From: Clostridia bacterium
Lineage (GTDB): Bacteria; Bacillota; Clostridia; Oscillospirales; Acutalibacteraceae
DNA length: 64,000 nucleotides
NCBI GenBank assembly: GCA_017938985.1
Contig: JAGBAK010000130.1
Span: forward strand, 9,263-73,262
Direction of reading: 5' to 3'
A program made the position numbers and the translations under genes. The notes below the pieces were generated by a model. It worked only from the letters and a program-made list of their open reading frames with translations. It was not told where the DNA came from and searched no databases. Positions 37,158-45,989 of the stretch are shown here, in pieces; positions within the stretch are counted from its first letter, which is position 1; every line of letters begins with the position of its first letter.

Positions 37158-38249
37158 TTAATCCTCATCGTTAAAGTATACGGGTTTGCCTGTCTGAGCG
37201 GATTCATAGATAGCTTCAAGGATTCTTGTAACAACCATAGCCTGCTCAGGCTTTGTGCTGACCTCTTTATCGTTGATAACCGCATCGTAGAATGCGCGGC
37301 ATTCAAGCTCTGCGGGATCGTCGCTGCAGCCGTCATAGAATGCAACTCCGCCTGCATCAAAGTTGGGCTTTTCAATAACCTGTCTGCCGTTCTTTACGTA
37401 GTTGATGCGAAGATCGTCAAACATATCTGCGCCGCCCTTTGTGCCTGCAAGAAGGGTTGAAGCTTCAATGGGGTCTGCAATGTTGATTGCCCAGCTGGAT
37501 TCAACGCTGATGGTTGCGCCGTTTTCCATAACAACAAAACCGAAAGCGGAATCTTCAACGGTATATTTTTCGGGATCCCAGTCGCCCCAGGCGTTAGCGG
37601 TGTTTTTCTGATCGCCGAGTTTCTTGTATTTTGTACCTACTACCATCTTGGGTTTGTAGTTATCCATCATCCAGAGTGTGAGGTCAAGAGCGTGTGTGCC
37701 GATATCGATAAGCGGACCGCCGCCCTGTTCATATTCGTTAAGGAAAACGCCCCAGGTGGGAACAGCTCTTCTGCGGATGGCAAGAGCTCTTGCGTAATAG
37801 ATTTCGCCGAGGTCGCCGTTTTCGCAGCACTGCTTGAGATAAAGCGAATCGTCTCTCCAGCGTGACTGATAGCCGATTGAGAGCTTTTTGCCTGTTCTTA
37901 CCGAAGCTTCGTACATAGCCTTTGCTTCGGCATATGTTTTAGCCATGGGCTTTTCGCAAAGAACGTGCTTGCCTGCTTCAAGAGCGTCAATTGTTATGAA
38001 GCTGTGCGAGCGGTTGGGGGTACAAACGTGAACGGCAACGATGCTCTCATCCTTGAGAAGCTCTTTGTAGTCGGTATAAATTTTTGCATCGGCAGAGCCG
38101 TATTTTTTTGCGGTTTCAACTGCTCTCTCTTCAATGATATCGCAGAAAGCAACGGGTTCAAGGAAATCAATATTAGAGATGGCACGCAGGTGTTTGCCGT
38201 TGGCGATGCCGCCGCAGCCGATAATACCAATCTTGATTTTTTCGCTCAT
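37158..38249 (-). CDS. Gfo/Idh/MocA family oxidoreductase (possible glycoside 3-dehydrogenase)
   Basis: IGCGGIA, CTPN, CEKP, PTWGVF and GGGPLIDIGTH. Confidence 0.92.
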   Translation of the reverse strand: MSEKIKIGIIGCGGIANGKHLRAISNIDFLEPVAFCDIIEERAVETAKKYGSADAKIYTDYKELLKDESIVAVHVCTPNRSHSFITIDALEAGKHVLCEKPMAKTYAEAKAMYEASVRTGKKLSIGYQSRWRDDSLYLKQCCENGDLGEIYYARALAIRRRAVPTWGVFLNEYEQGGGPLIDIGTHALDLTLWMMDNYKPKMVVGTKYKKLGDQKNTANAWGDWDPEKYTVEDSAFGFVVMENGATISVESSWAINIADPIEASTLLAGTKGGADMFDDLRINYVKNGRQVIEKPNFDAGGVAFYDGCSDDPAELECRAFYDAVINDKEVSTKPEQAMVVTRILEAIYESAQTGKPVYFNDED

Positions 38250-38475
38250 AAGAAAATCTCCTTTGCATTTAAACAGATTTGTTCTGACATTTTCAGGCAG
38301 CTACAGCACATTAAAGCGATAAACCACCCCTATACCTTTATTATACTTAATATGCAAGGTAATTCAAGATTAATATTTTTTAGCAGGTGTAAATTTTTAG
38401 GGTCAGAATTTGGGCAATATAAACAAAAATCGGAGCGCTGTTACGGCACTCCGAAATTATATTTTTAATTTGACA

Positions 38476-39369
38476 TTATTTGTTGACATAAACCCTTTTT
38501 ACAAGCAGGTTTTCGCTGTCACGCACTTCGCCGAGACCGAGAAAAACGCCGTCGTGGTCATAAACTCTGTAATATCCGAGCATTCTGGGACACTTGATTC
38601 GGTTCAGGTCAAGCTCACCGCCGTTTGAAAAGCGTTTTGCCTGAGCTTCTGTAACCTGAACAGAGGGGTAGAGTTCCATTGCTTTTTCAACGGAGATAAC
38701 AATGCTGTCAAGATTACCGTTTTTTGCCGCTTCTTCAAGTTGCTCAACTGTTATTGCCTGTTCAACGCAAAATCCGTTTGCCCTTGTGCGGCGAAGCTCC
38801 GTGAGCACTGCACCGCAGCCGAGCTTTTTACCGATATCGTCAATTAAAGTTCTGATGTACGTACCCGACGAGCAGGAAACCGATATTTTATATTCATGCG
38901 TGCTTTCGTCGGATTCAAGCAAGTCGGCGGAATAAATCATAACCTTTCTTGCCTGCCTTTCAACCTCAATTCCCTGCCTTGCAAGGTCATAAAGACGCTG
39001 ACCGTTGACCGAAACAGCGGAATACATCGGCGGAAGCTGGCTGATTTCGCCCGTGAAGCTTTCAAGGGCGGCAACAACGTCATCTTTTGCTGCGGTTACG
39101 GGAGATTCGCTGAGGATTTTGCCTGTTATATCGAGCGTGTCTGTGGTGATGCCGAGACGGAATGATGCAAGATATTCTTTATCGTGGTTGGGCAGCAACT
39201 CGCAAAAACGTGTTGCGCCGCCAAGCATAACCGTCATAACGCCTGTTGCCATCGGGTCAAGCGTGCCGCTGTGGCCGCACTTTTTTTCGCCGCAGATACG
39301 GCGCACCCTTGCAACTGCGCCGAAAGAGGTGATGCCCTTGGGTTTATCGAGAATAATTATACCTGTCAT
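38476..39369 (-). CDS. truB: tRNA pseudouridine(55) synthase
   Basis: LDKPKGITS, GHSGTLDPMATG, PPMYSA, CSSGTYIR and LRRT. Confidence 0.97.
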   Translation of the reverse strand: MTGIIILDKPKGITSFGAVARVRRICGEKKCGHSGTLDPMATGVMTVMLGGATRFCELLPNHDKEYLASFRLGITTDTLDITGKILSESPVTAAKDDVVAALESFTGEISQLPPMYSAVSVNGQRLYDLARQGIEVERQARKVMIYSADLLESDESTHEYKISVSCSSGTYIRTLIDDIGKKLGCGAVLTELRRTRANGFCVEQAITVEQLEEAAKNGNLDSIVISVEKAMELYPSVQVTEAQAKRFSNGGELDLNRIKCPRMLGYYRVYDHDGVFLGLGEVRDSENLLVKRVYVNK

Positions 39370-39525
39370 AATAATATCCTTTCGGATTTGATGGTGTGAT
39401 TATAGCACAAAACGGATTGCGTTTCAACAATGAATAAGTTTTTTGCAGGTAAAAACGGGATTACGGCAGAAAAAACAAGGTGCTTATAATAAGGTCATAC
39501 CAAACAAAAACAAGGAGGCGCAACG

Positions 39526-39807
39526 ATGAGAAACTGCAACGGCAACAGAATAAGCACCGTTCTTATTGCGGGCATCGCCACGTCGGCTGTTGCTGTTATC
39601 GCTTGCCTCGCTATGATTTTTGTCAACAATCCCCATCTTACCTCAAAAGAGGTTACTAACGGTCTTTCCGCAACGTTTGACGCTTGCGAATCCGTTGCAA
39701 ATATTGCCGAGATTATGGGCGATATGCTCAGCGACGACGGCGAAGAGGCTCTTGAAATCGCAGAAATCAACGCGATTGATTTCCGTGCGGAAACAGCCGC
39801 AGAATAA
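39526..39807 (+). CDS. Small single-pass membrane protein with acidic tail
   Basis: RBS AAGGAGG, TATAAT upstream, one TM helix, downstream terminator hairpin. Confidence 0.65.
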   Translation: MRNCNGNRISTVLIAGIATSAVAVIACLAMIFVNNPHLTSKEVTNGLSATFDACESVANIAEIMGDMLSDDGEEALEIAEINAIDFRAETAAE

Positions 39808-39863
39808 AATATACAGCAATGTTAAAAGCTTGCACCGATTTGTTTCGATGCAAGCTTTGTTTG

Positions 39864-40814
39864 TTATACGGGGAATTCCGTAAGCGCTCTGAATTCGTAA
39901 CCCTGCTCACGGGCATAGTCAATTATTCTGCCAAGAGCCGCTGCGTTATCGGGCGAAACGGAGTGGAGAAGAATAACAGCACCCGGGTGCAGGCGCGCTG
40001 TTACCGTTTCAAACGCATAGTCGGCACCCTTCGGGTTATTAACGTCCCAATCGGCATAGGCGCAGGACCAGAAGGCGGTTTTGTATCCCAGCGAATTAAC
40101 AAGGTCAAGAGAATTTTCGTTGTATGCGCCTTCCGGATAACGGAAGAAAACGGGCGTATAGCCGAATTCGTTGACAAGTCGGTTTTCGCATTCTTTTATT
40201 TCGGCAGTCATTTTTTCACGTGAGATTTCCGAAAAATCAGGATGGTTTGCGGAATGGTTGCCCACAATGTGCCCCTCGTCTATCATTCTTCTGATAAGCT
40301 CGGGTTCGGCGTCGATGTGGTCAAGCGTGCAGAAGAATGCGGCAGGCACGTTTTTTTCTTTGAGAACGTCAAGAACGTCAAACGTGTATCCGTTTTCCCA
40401 GCCGCAGTCAAAGGTAAGATAAAGCACCTTTTCCTGTGTTTTTGTGTCAAGACAGAATGCGCCCATATCAAGCGAATCAAAATACGCCTGATTATCAACG
40501 GAGATGCTGTGAGGCTTGCCGTTTTTTGCAACGCCGTAGCTGTGTTCCCTGCGTTTTGTCGAAAGACCCGATGAAGAAGAGTTTGCGGGTCTTGTTACGG
40601 GTGACGTGATGCTGACGGCGGTTGTTTCTGTTGGCATCTCGGTCATAAGCTCGGCGGAGGTCGGTTCGGCATAGATTACGCTAACAGACGTGCTGCGGCT
40701 GTCCTCAACGCTTGCCTTAACGTCTGCTTCCTGTTCTTCAAGCTTGCCCTCAACTGCACACGATGACAGTGTAAGAAGTCCTGCAAAAAGCAGGGCAATA
40801 AATTTTTTATTCAT
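39864..40814 (-). CDS. Polysaccharide deacetylase lipoprotein, PdaA (muramic delta-lactam)-like
   Basis: Lipobox LSSC, YLTFDCGWENG, GNHSANHP, FRYPEG, FWSCAYADW and LHPGAVILLH. Confidence 0.85.
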   Translation of the reverse strand: MNKKFIALLFAGLLTLSSCAVEGKLEEQEADVKASVEDSRSTSVSVIYAEPTSAELMTEMPTETTAVSITSPVTRPANSSSSGLSTKRREHSYGVAKNGKPHSISVDNQAYFDSLDMGAFCLDTKTQEKVLYLTFDCGWENGYTFDVLDVLKEKNVPAAFFCTLDHIDAEPELIRRMIDEGHIVGNHSANHPDFSEISREKMTAEIKECENRLVNEFGYTPVFFRYPEGAYNENSLDLVNSLGYKTAFWSCAYADWDVNNPKGADYAFETVTARLHPGAVILLHSVSPDNAAALGRIIDYAREQGYEFRALTEFPV

Positions 40815-40952
40815 ATTTTTCACCTTGCTTTATTATTGTTGTTCCTGTATAGTATTCCTTGCAGAATAAATTTTATCAAAAATTTCTCTCATATGCAACA
40901 AAAATCAATTTTTTGCACACTGATATTATGAGAGTGGTAAGGAGGGTCGATT

Positions 40953-41498
40953 TTGAGCGCTCAGATAAACGAACTCGTTACTCTTGCAAAAAACGGTGAC
41001 GCCGAAGCTTTTGGCGAACTGTATGAAATTTACTATAAAGAGATGTATTATTACGCCTGCTGCGTTACGGGCAGCAACGAGCTGGCACAGGACGCTGTGT
41101 CAGAGGCTGTTCTTGCGGCGTTCAGGCAAATCGGCTCTTTAAAAAAGCCGGAAGCATTCAAAGGATGGCTTTTTAAAATTCTGTGTGCTTCCTGCAAAAG
41201 GCATTATACCGAAAATCAACATAAAAAAGCATTTGTATATCTTGACAGCGAAGAAAACAGCGGCGAAGAGCCTGCGACGGACGACGACCTTGATGTTTCG
41301 CTTGACCTTAAGCGTGCTCTTTCAGAACTTGCCGATGATGAACGTGAAATCGTTATGCTCAGCACTGTCAGCGGATACCGAAGCCGCGAAATTGCGGAAA
41401 TTCTCGGTATCAATGCGGCAACGGTGCGTTCAAAGCTGAGACGTTCGCTCAAGAAGATGAAAAATATGCTTGAAGAAACTACGGCGAAAGGGGGGTGA
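40953..41498 (+). CDS. ECF RNA polymerase sigma factor
   Basis: GDAEAFGELY, AQDAVSE, FKGWLFKI and the region-4 HTH EIAEILGINAATVRSKLRR. TTG start with RBS AAGGAGG. Confidence 0.92.
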   Translation: MSAQINELVTLAKNGDAEAFGELYEIYYKEMYYYACCVTGSNELAQDAVSEAVLAAFRQIGSLKKPEAFKGWLFKILCASCKRHYTENQHKKAFVYLDSEENSGEEPATDDDLDVSLDLKRALSELADDEREIVMLSTVSGYRSREIAEILGINAATVRSKLRRSLKKMKNMLEETTAKGG

Positions 41499-41502
41499 AA
41501 AG

Positions 41503-43563
41503 ATGAAGAACGGAGGCAAAAATATTGAAGAAATACTCAGGCAGGGATTAAACGATATAGAAGTGCCTGAAAATCTGAGAAAAGAGAAAATCGTTGAAAT
41601 GCTCAGAGAGCAAAAGGATTTTTCCGATGAAACGGGTAATATAATTGAAATGGATGCGCACAGGGACAGCGCATCAAAGCCGATAAATGCGGCATCAGCG
41701 GTGCGCCGACTTGCAGCGGCGGCTGCGGCAGTAATAGTTGTGTTTGTGAGCGTGATGTTTGCTAAAGTGAACACGGGCGTGAGAATTATCAGAACCGAAC
41801 CCACGTTCATTAATTACAATGCCGAAAATCTTGTTGTCGGCGTAAGCAGCTATGAAGAAGTTGAGTTTGCGGTTCAGAGTATCCTGAAAAAAGATAAAGC
41901 GGACCGTGTACCCGATGCAACACATAACGGTAACGATTCTTCCGCAACTGCGGTGCAGAATTCCGCACCGTCGGGACAGAGCAACGCTTACGTGATTGAT
42001 AATTCTGTAATGCTTGAAACTGCTGTTAACGCTTACAACACAAGCAGCGAAATTGTTGAATCGTTTACAGGTCTTGAAGCAGATATCGTCAAAAATAACG
42101 ATGAATATCTTTTTGTTGCAACAACGGGTCTCAACGCAAACGGTGCAAATGCGGAGCTTATCAAAGTTATCAGGGCTCTTCCTGCCGAAGAGATGTCGGT
42201 TGCATCAACAATAGTACTTTCTGATAACAGCAGTTCAAAATGCACCGATGACTGCATTGAAATCTATCTTAAAGGCAACAAGCTTATTGCAATTATGAGC
42301 AGAGACGCTTACGTTATGGAGGACAGCTCGGGATTCAGCAAGGCTTCAACGGTTGCGGTTTATTATGATATCAGCAACCCTTCAGAGCCTGTCAGAATCC
42401 GTGAACACGTTCAGGACGGCGAATATATTGTTTCGGGTATAACCGAAAGCGGGGCTCTTTATCTTATCACCGAAAAAGCCGTTTCAGACGGAGAACAAAG
42501 CGCCATTCCTGTTTGCTCTGCAGACGGAAAGGAAGTAAAACCTGCCACGGATAAAATATTTATGGCGGTCAATGACCCCGAAGCGGCATTCACTTTTATT
42601 ACGGTAACAAATACCGACAATCTCACACAACCTGTTGACAGCCTTGCATTTTTCGGCAGCAACAGCGGCAGATTGTGGGTCAGCGGCAACACGGTTATGA
42701 TTTCAAGGGGATTTATCTCCGTTGAGGCGGACGAAAACGGAGTTCACAAAAATCTGACCGAGTTATACAGGTTCAATATCGGCGAATCAAAGGTTGAACT
42801 GGTCGGTTCATATGTATTCAAAGGCTTTTTGTCCGATAAACCCGTTGTTGATGAAGCGACAGGCTGGCTTACAGCCGTTGCCACGGACTCGGATTTCACA
42901 ACGCTCTATATTCTGAACGAAAAAATGGAGTTTGTGAGCGGAGTTGATAACATTTTCCCGGGCGAAAAGGTCAAAGGCGCAAAGGTTATAGAAAAAAATT
43001 GTTACGTCATTTCAGGCTCGGCAACAGAAACAACAATGATAATTGATATTTCTGACGCAAACAAGCCTCGCAAGGTTGCAACCGTTGCCACAAACGGTCT
43101 GGCAGACAGACTTTTCAGCGCGGGCGGTGAAAAGCTTATTCACATCGGCGCATCCGATGCCGGCAGCGAGCTTCTCAAGGGCATCAGTATTTCGTTGCTT
43201 GACCTGAGCGACCCGTCAAGACCGGGTAGCCTTGATTTATATAATCTTTCAGATATTTCGGATACTCTTTCGGTTTTTGATAACGGCGGAATCATGATTA
43301 TGCAGGATGAAAAGATTCTGGGCATTCCCGTAATCAGAACCGATTCCGAAACCAAAGAAACCGCTCTTGCATACGCTCTTTTTGAGCTTACGCAGAGTGA
43401 TATAAAACCTGTGGGTTATTTTAATCACGAAACGGGTGCAAAAACAGAAACGGCAATGCGAGGCACCTGCATCGGCGATATTTTCTACAGCATCACAGGC
43501 AGCAAGATAGTTGCTTTTTCAATAAGCGGCGAGAGCAGGCTCGGCAGCATCGAGCTTAATTAA
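41503..43563 (+). CDS. Putative anti-sigma factor with an extracellular Beta_propel-type domain
   Basis: Short cytoplasmic N-terminus, one TM, EADIVK motif, repeated (Y/I/L)D(I/L)S(N/D) blade motifs; directly after the ECF gene. Confidence 0.7.
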   Translation: MKNGGKNIEEILRQGLNDIEVPENLRKEKIVEMLREQKDFSDETGNIIEMDAHRDSASKPINAASAVRRLAAAAAAVIVVFVSVMFAKVNTGVRIIRTEPTFINYNAENLVVGVSSYEEVEFAVQSILKKDKADRVPDATHNGNDSSATAVQNSAPSGQSNAYVIDNSVMLETAVNAYNTSSEIVESFTGLEADIVKNNDEYLFVATTGLNANGANAELIKVIRALPAEEMSVASTIVLSDNSSSKCTDDCIEIYLKGNKLIAIMSRDAYVMEDSSGFSKASTVAVYYDISNPSEPVRIREHVQDGEYIVSGITESGALYLITEKAVSDGEQSAIPVCSADGKEVKPATDKIFMAVNDPEAAFTFITVTNTDNLTQPVDSLAFFGSNSGRLWVSGNTVMISRGFISVEADENGVHKNLTELYRFNIGESKVELVGSYVFKGFLSDKPVVDEATGWLTAVATDSDFTTLYILNEKMEFVSGVDNIFPGEKVKGAKVIEKNCYVISGSATETTMIIDISDANKPRKVATVATNGLADRLFSAGGEKLIHIGASDAGSELLKGISISLLDLSDPSRPGSLDLYNLSDISDTLSVFDNGGIMIMQDEKILGIPVIRTDSETKETALAYALFELTQSDIKPVGYFNHETGAKTETAMRGTCIGDIFYSITGSKIVAFSISGESRLGSIELN

Positions 43564-43741
43564 TCAGCTTGAATTTCCACACCCGTACGGATGGAGGGAT
43601 ATCGGTCAGTACCGATTGAGTGGAATTTTCATAAACCGCCGTATCCTTGGGGAAGGATACGCAAAGGGCGGACAAAAGATGGAGTGGTTTGGCGGAGCCG
43701 AAGGCACAACGGCTCCGCCGCCGCGCGTTTACGGATAGCGG

Positions 43742-43912
43742 TTATAAATCGTCGGCGTCCTGAACAGGTTCATTGTCCTCGGCGTCATAGGGCACGCCCG
43801 TGTAGCTTCCGTTAACGTCGGAGGGGATATCCTCAAACGGTTCGGCACCAAGCGGGTTTTTGACGGGGTAGCGACGGCAGTTCTTTTTTTCGTTGCTGAA
43901 GCTGAATTGCAT
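43742..43912 (-). CDS. 56-aa small protein ending PVQDADDL (not in the ORF track)
   Basis: RBS GAGGTG; MQFSFSNEKKNCRRYPVKNPLGAEPFEDIPSDVNGSYTGVPYDAEDNEPVQDADDL. I recognise GSYTG...PVQDADDL from clostridial hypothetical proteins. Confidence 0.75.
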   Translation of the reverse strand: MQFSFSNEKKNCRRYPVKNPLGAEPFEDIPSDVNGSYTGVPYDAEDNEPVQDADDL

Positions 43913-43973
43913 ATAAACACCTCTTGTTTACAAATTGTTTATAGTTTTACCCCTGTTAACTAAAATATACCGC

Positions 43974-44002
43974 TTGACAAAAATGCATATATAGGCTAAA
44001 AT
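43974..44002 (+). promoter_or_regulatory. Sigma-A promoter
   Basis: TTGACA, 17 bp, TAAAAT upstream of 44054. Confidence 0.65.
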
Positions 44003-44053
44003 TAACTCATATATTGCTCACAAGCAAAAAATTAAAAAAGGATGGTTTTTAAA

Positions 44054-44503
44054 ATGAAAAAGACAATCGCACTCATCGCAGCAATCGCTGTTGCAGCTCT
44101 TTCAATCTGCACACTTTCAATCTGCGCATTTGCAGACGGCGAAACAACAACCGCAGAAGTAACAACAGAAGCTGTTGAAACAACAACCGAAGCTGCTGAA
44201 ACAACAACAGCAATCGACCTCGGTCACCCCGGTCAGACAGATGCAACAACAACAGAAAAGGCTGACGATGCAACAGACGCATCAGATGCTGACGCAGACA
44301 AAACAACAGTTGTTGTTGGCGACGAAATCAAGACAAACGCTCCCGGTCAGACAGCTATTGACGATCCCGACGAAACAACAAAGGCTCCCGCAGCTGTTGA
44401 TGACGATATCCCCAGCACAGGCAGCAAGGCAGTTGTTCCCGCAATCGCTCTTCTTGCTCTTGCAGGCAGCGTAGCAGTTGCAGTTAAGGCAAAGAAAGAC
44501 TAA
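44054..44503 (+). CDS. Small Thr/Ala/Asp-rich cell-wall-anchored protein (sortase signal IPSTG)
   Basis: Signal peptide, low-complexity ETTT repeats, IPSTG followed by a TM helix and KAKKD. Confidence 0.8.
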   Translation: MKKTIALIAAIAVAALSICTLSICAFADGETTTAEVTTEAVETTTEAAETTTAIDLGHPGQTDATTTEKADDATDASDADADKTTVVVGDEIKTNAPGQTAIDDPDETTKAPAAVDDDIPSTGSKAVVPAIALLALAGSVAVAVKAKKD

Positions 44504-44514
44504 TTTAAAACAAT

Positions 44515-44546
44515 AAAAGCTCGCTCCTTTCGGGGCGAGCTTTTTT
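44515..44546. terminator. Intrinsic terminator
   Basis: AAAAGCTCGCTCC-TTTC-GGGGCGAGCTTTTTT. Confidence 0.85.
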
Positions 44547-44636
44547 GTTGCGGAAAGAGCTTTCCGCATAAAGCATTCAGAATGCAGGTGGGAGGTGTTT
44601 CGTATCCTGCAAATTCGGCACATGAATGCTTCGGTT

Positions 44637-45836
44637 TTAATAGAGATCGTTATACGGAGTGTTTTCAATGCCTTTGCCGTTCAGTTTGTATACCATTTTA
44701 TCGAGCCTTTTCTTCCAGAAGCTCTTGAACCATGACATTTCGCCGAAAAGCTTGATGATTTTGGGACTTACGGCGTAATAGATTTTTATAAATGCTTTGC
44801 CGAACGGAGTTTTGTCGAGAGTGTTATCACGGTAACGGCGCAGAGTCCATACCTGCGGACAATCGTATGAGCCGTAAACGCAGGTTGCAACGTAGCAGCC
44901 TTTTGCAGGTTTTATAATTTTTTGGTCATCAGGTAAAAAACTGTCAATTTCTCTTATGTATTTTATTAAATTATTTGTATTTACGGGTCCTTTCTCTAAC
45001 GTAAACGATCCACCTTTTGAACATTCCTTAAAAGTGAACATATAATTATTAAAAATCGTGCTCTTACCATCTTCTTTTGATAACGAGAGAAATTCTCTGA
45101 AAAAACTCGTTATGGATTGGTCATAGTCATGATAACTTTCGCTGTAATATATCCTGAAACTGACTTTTGTATTTAGCGACAATCCCAAAGATATCATTTT
45201 TTTAAAATATTTTGCAGGAAGATAATATGCCGTGTAAACGGAATTCAGTAATTCTTTTTGGTAAGCCAGCTTGAAATATGAAAGAAAGATGTCATTAATA
45301 TTTACTCCATTGTTATAAAGGAACTGAATCATATCAATATTGCTATTGTTGAATGATGTAAAGTTGATTAAATTTGCAGTGATTGCCTCGTTAAAGTGTT
45401 CGGCAATATAAGACAGTCTTTCCAAATCATCAGAATTACAATACATTTTTGCGATGTATTCACAGTTAAATTCGTTAATTACGCTTGCTTCTTCGCTTGA
45501 AATGGAAACGCTGTTTCTTTTCAAAAGGTTATAATAGTGTTGATTCTTTTCTTTGGTTAGAAACGCTCCGAATATAGCAAGAATATTTGAAGGGTCAATG
45601 CTTAACGCTTTATCAAAAGTTGATTCGGCAAGCTTATATTCACCGGCATCGATTTCCATAAAACCTTTCTGGCATAAGGAACTAACTCCGGCAACCCCTT
45701 CTATGTTAATATGTGCTTTGTGAATAATAGTTTCATTAATCTGAATTTTTGCGCCGCAATAGGTGCAAAAACCAAATTCCCTGCTGTCATCAAGACTTAA
45801 ATTTGCGCTGCACTGCGGACAGACCATAGCTTTCAT
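44637..45836 (-). CDS. Zinc-ribbon/TPR protein with C-terminal CFI-box-CTERM domain
   Basis: CPQC...CTYCG N-terminus, TPR-like AESTFDKALSIDPSN, and C-terminal GCYVATCVYGSYDCPQVWTLRRYRD...FIKIYYAVSP. Confidence 0.8.
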   Translation of the reverse strand: MKAMVCPQCSANLSLDDSREFGFCTYCGAKIQINETIIHKAHINIEGVAGVSSLCQKGFMEIDAGEYKLAESTFDKALSIDPSNILAIFGAFLTKEKNQHYYNLLKRNSVSISSEEASVINEFNCEYIAKMYCNSDDLERLSYIAEHFNEAITANLINFTSFNNSNIDMIQFLYNNGVNINDIFLSYFKLAYQKELLNSVYTAYYLPAKYFKKMISLGLSLNTKVSFRIYYSESYHDYDQSITSFFREFLSLSKEDGKSTIFNNYMFTFKECSKGGSFTLEKGPVNTNNLIKYIREIDSFLPDDQKIIKPAKGCYVATCVYGSYDCPQVWTLRRYRDNTLDKTPFGKAFIKIYYAVSPKIIKLFGEMSWFKSFWKKRLDKMVYKLNGKGIENTPYNDLY

Positions 45837-45989
45837 ATCGGTTCCTCCAAATTCTAATATTTAAAAGCAGCTGAAGTTGCTTTTAAATATTAGACAATCT
45901 TTTTCACCGAAAAGTTCACTTTTTGCGAAAACAAAATTTTGAGCAAAAAAACGGCCTGCACTTTTACGTGCAAGCCGTTTGCTTGTTTA

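Noticed and set aside
43690-43720. Glycine riboswitch (GCCGAAGG resemblance) or CsrB-like GGA-rich RNA
   Set aside because: There is no CTCTCAGG half and no downstream co-oriented gene, and most GGA motifs are in stems rather than loops.
43591-43920. ORF-track calls 43591-43815 (+) and 43729-43920 (-)
   Set aside because: No RBS or plausible composition; the 43742-43912 frame has an RBS and a recognisable motif.
44140-44260. GAAACAACAAC-type DNA repeats
   Set aside because: They encode the ETTT low-complexity stalk of the anchored protein and are not an independent repeat element.
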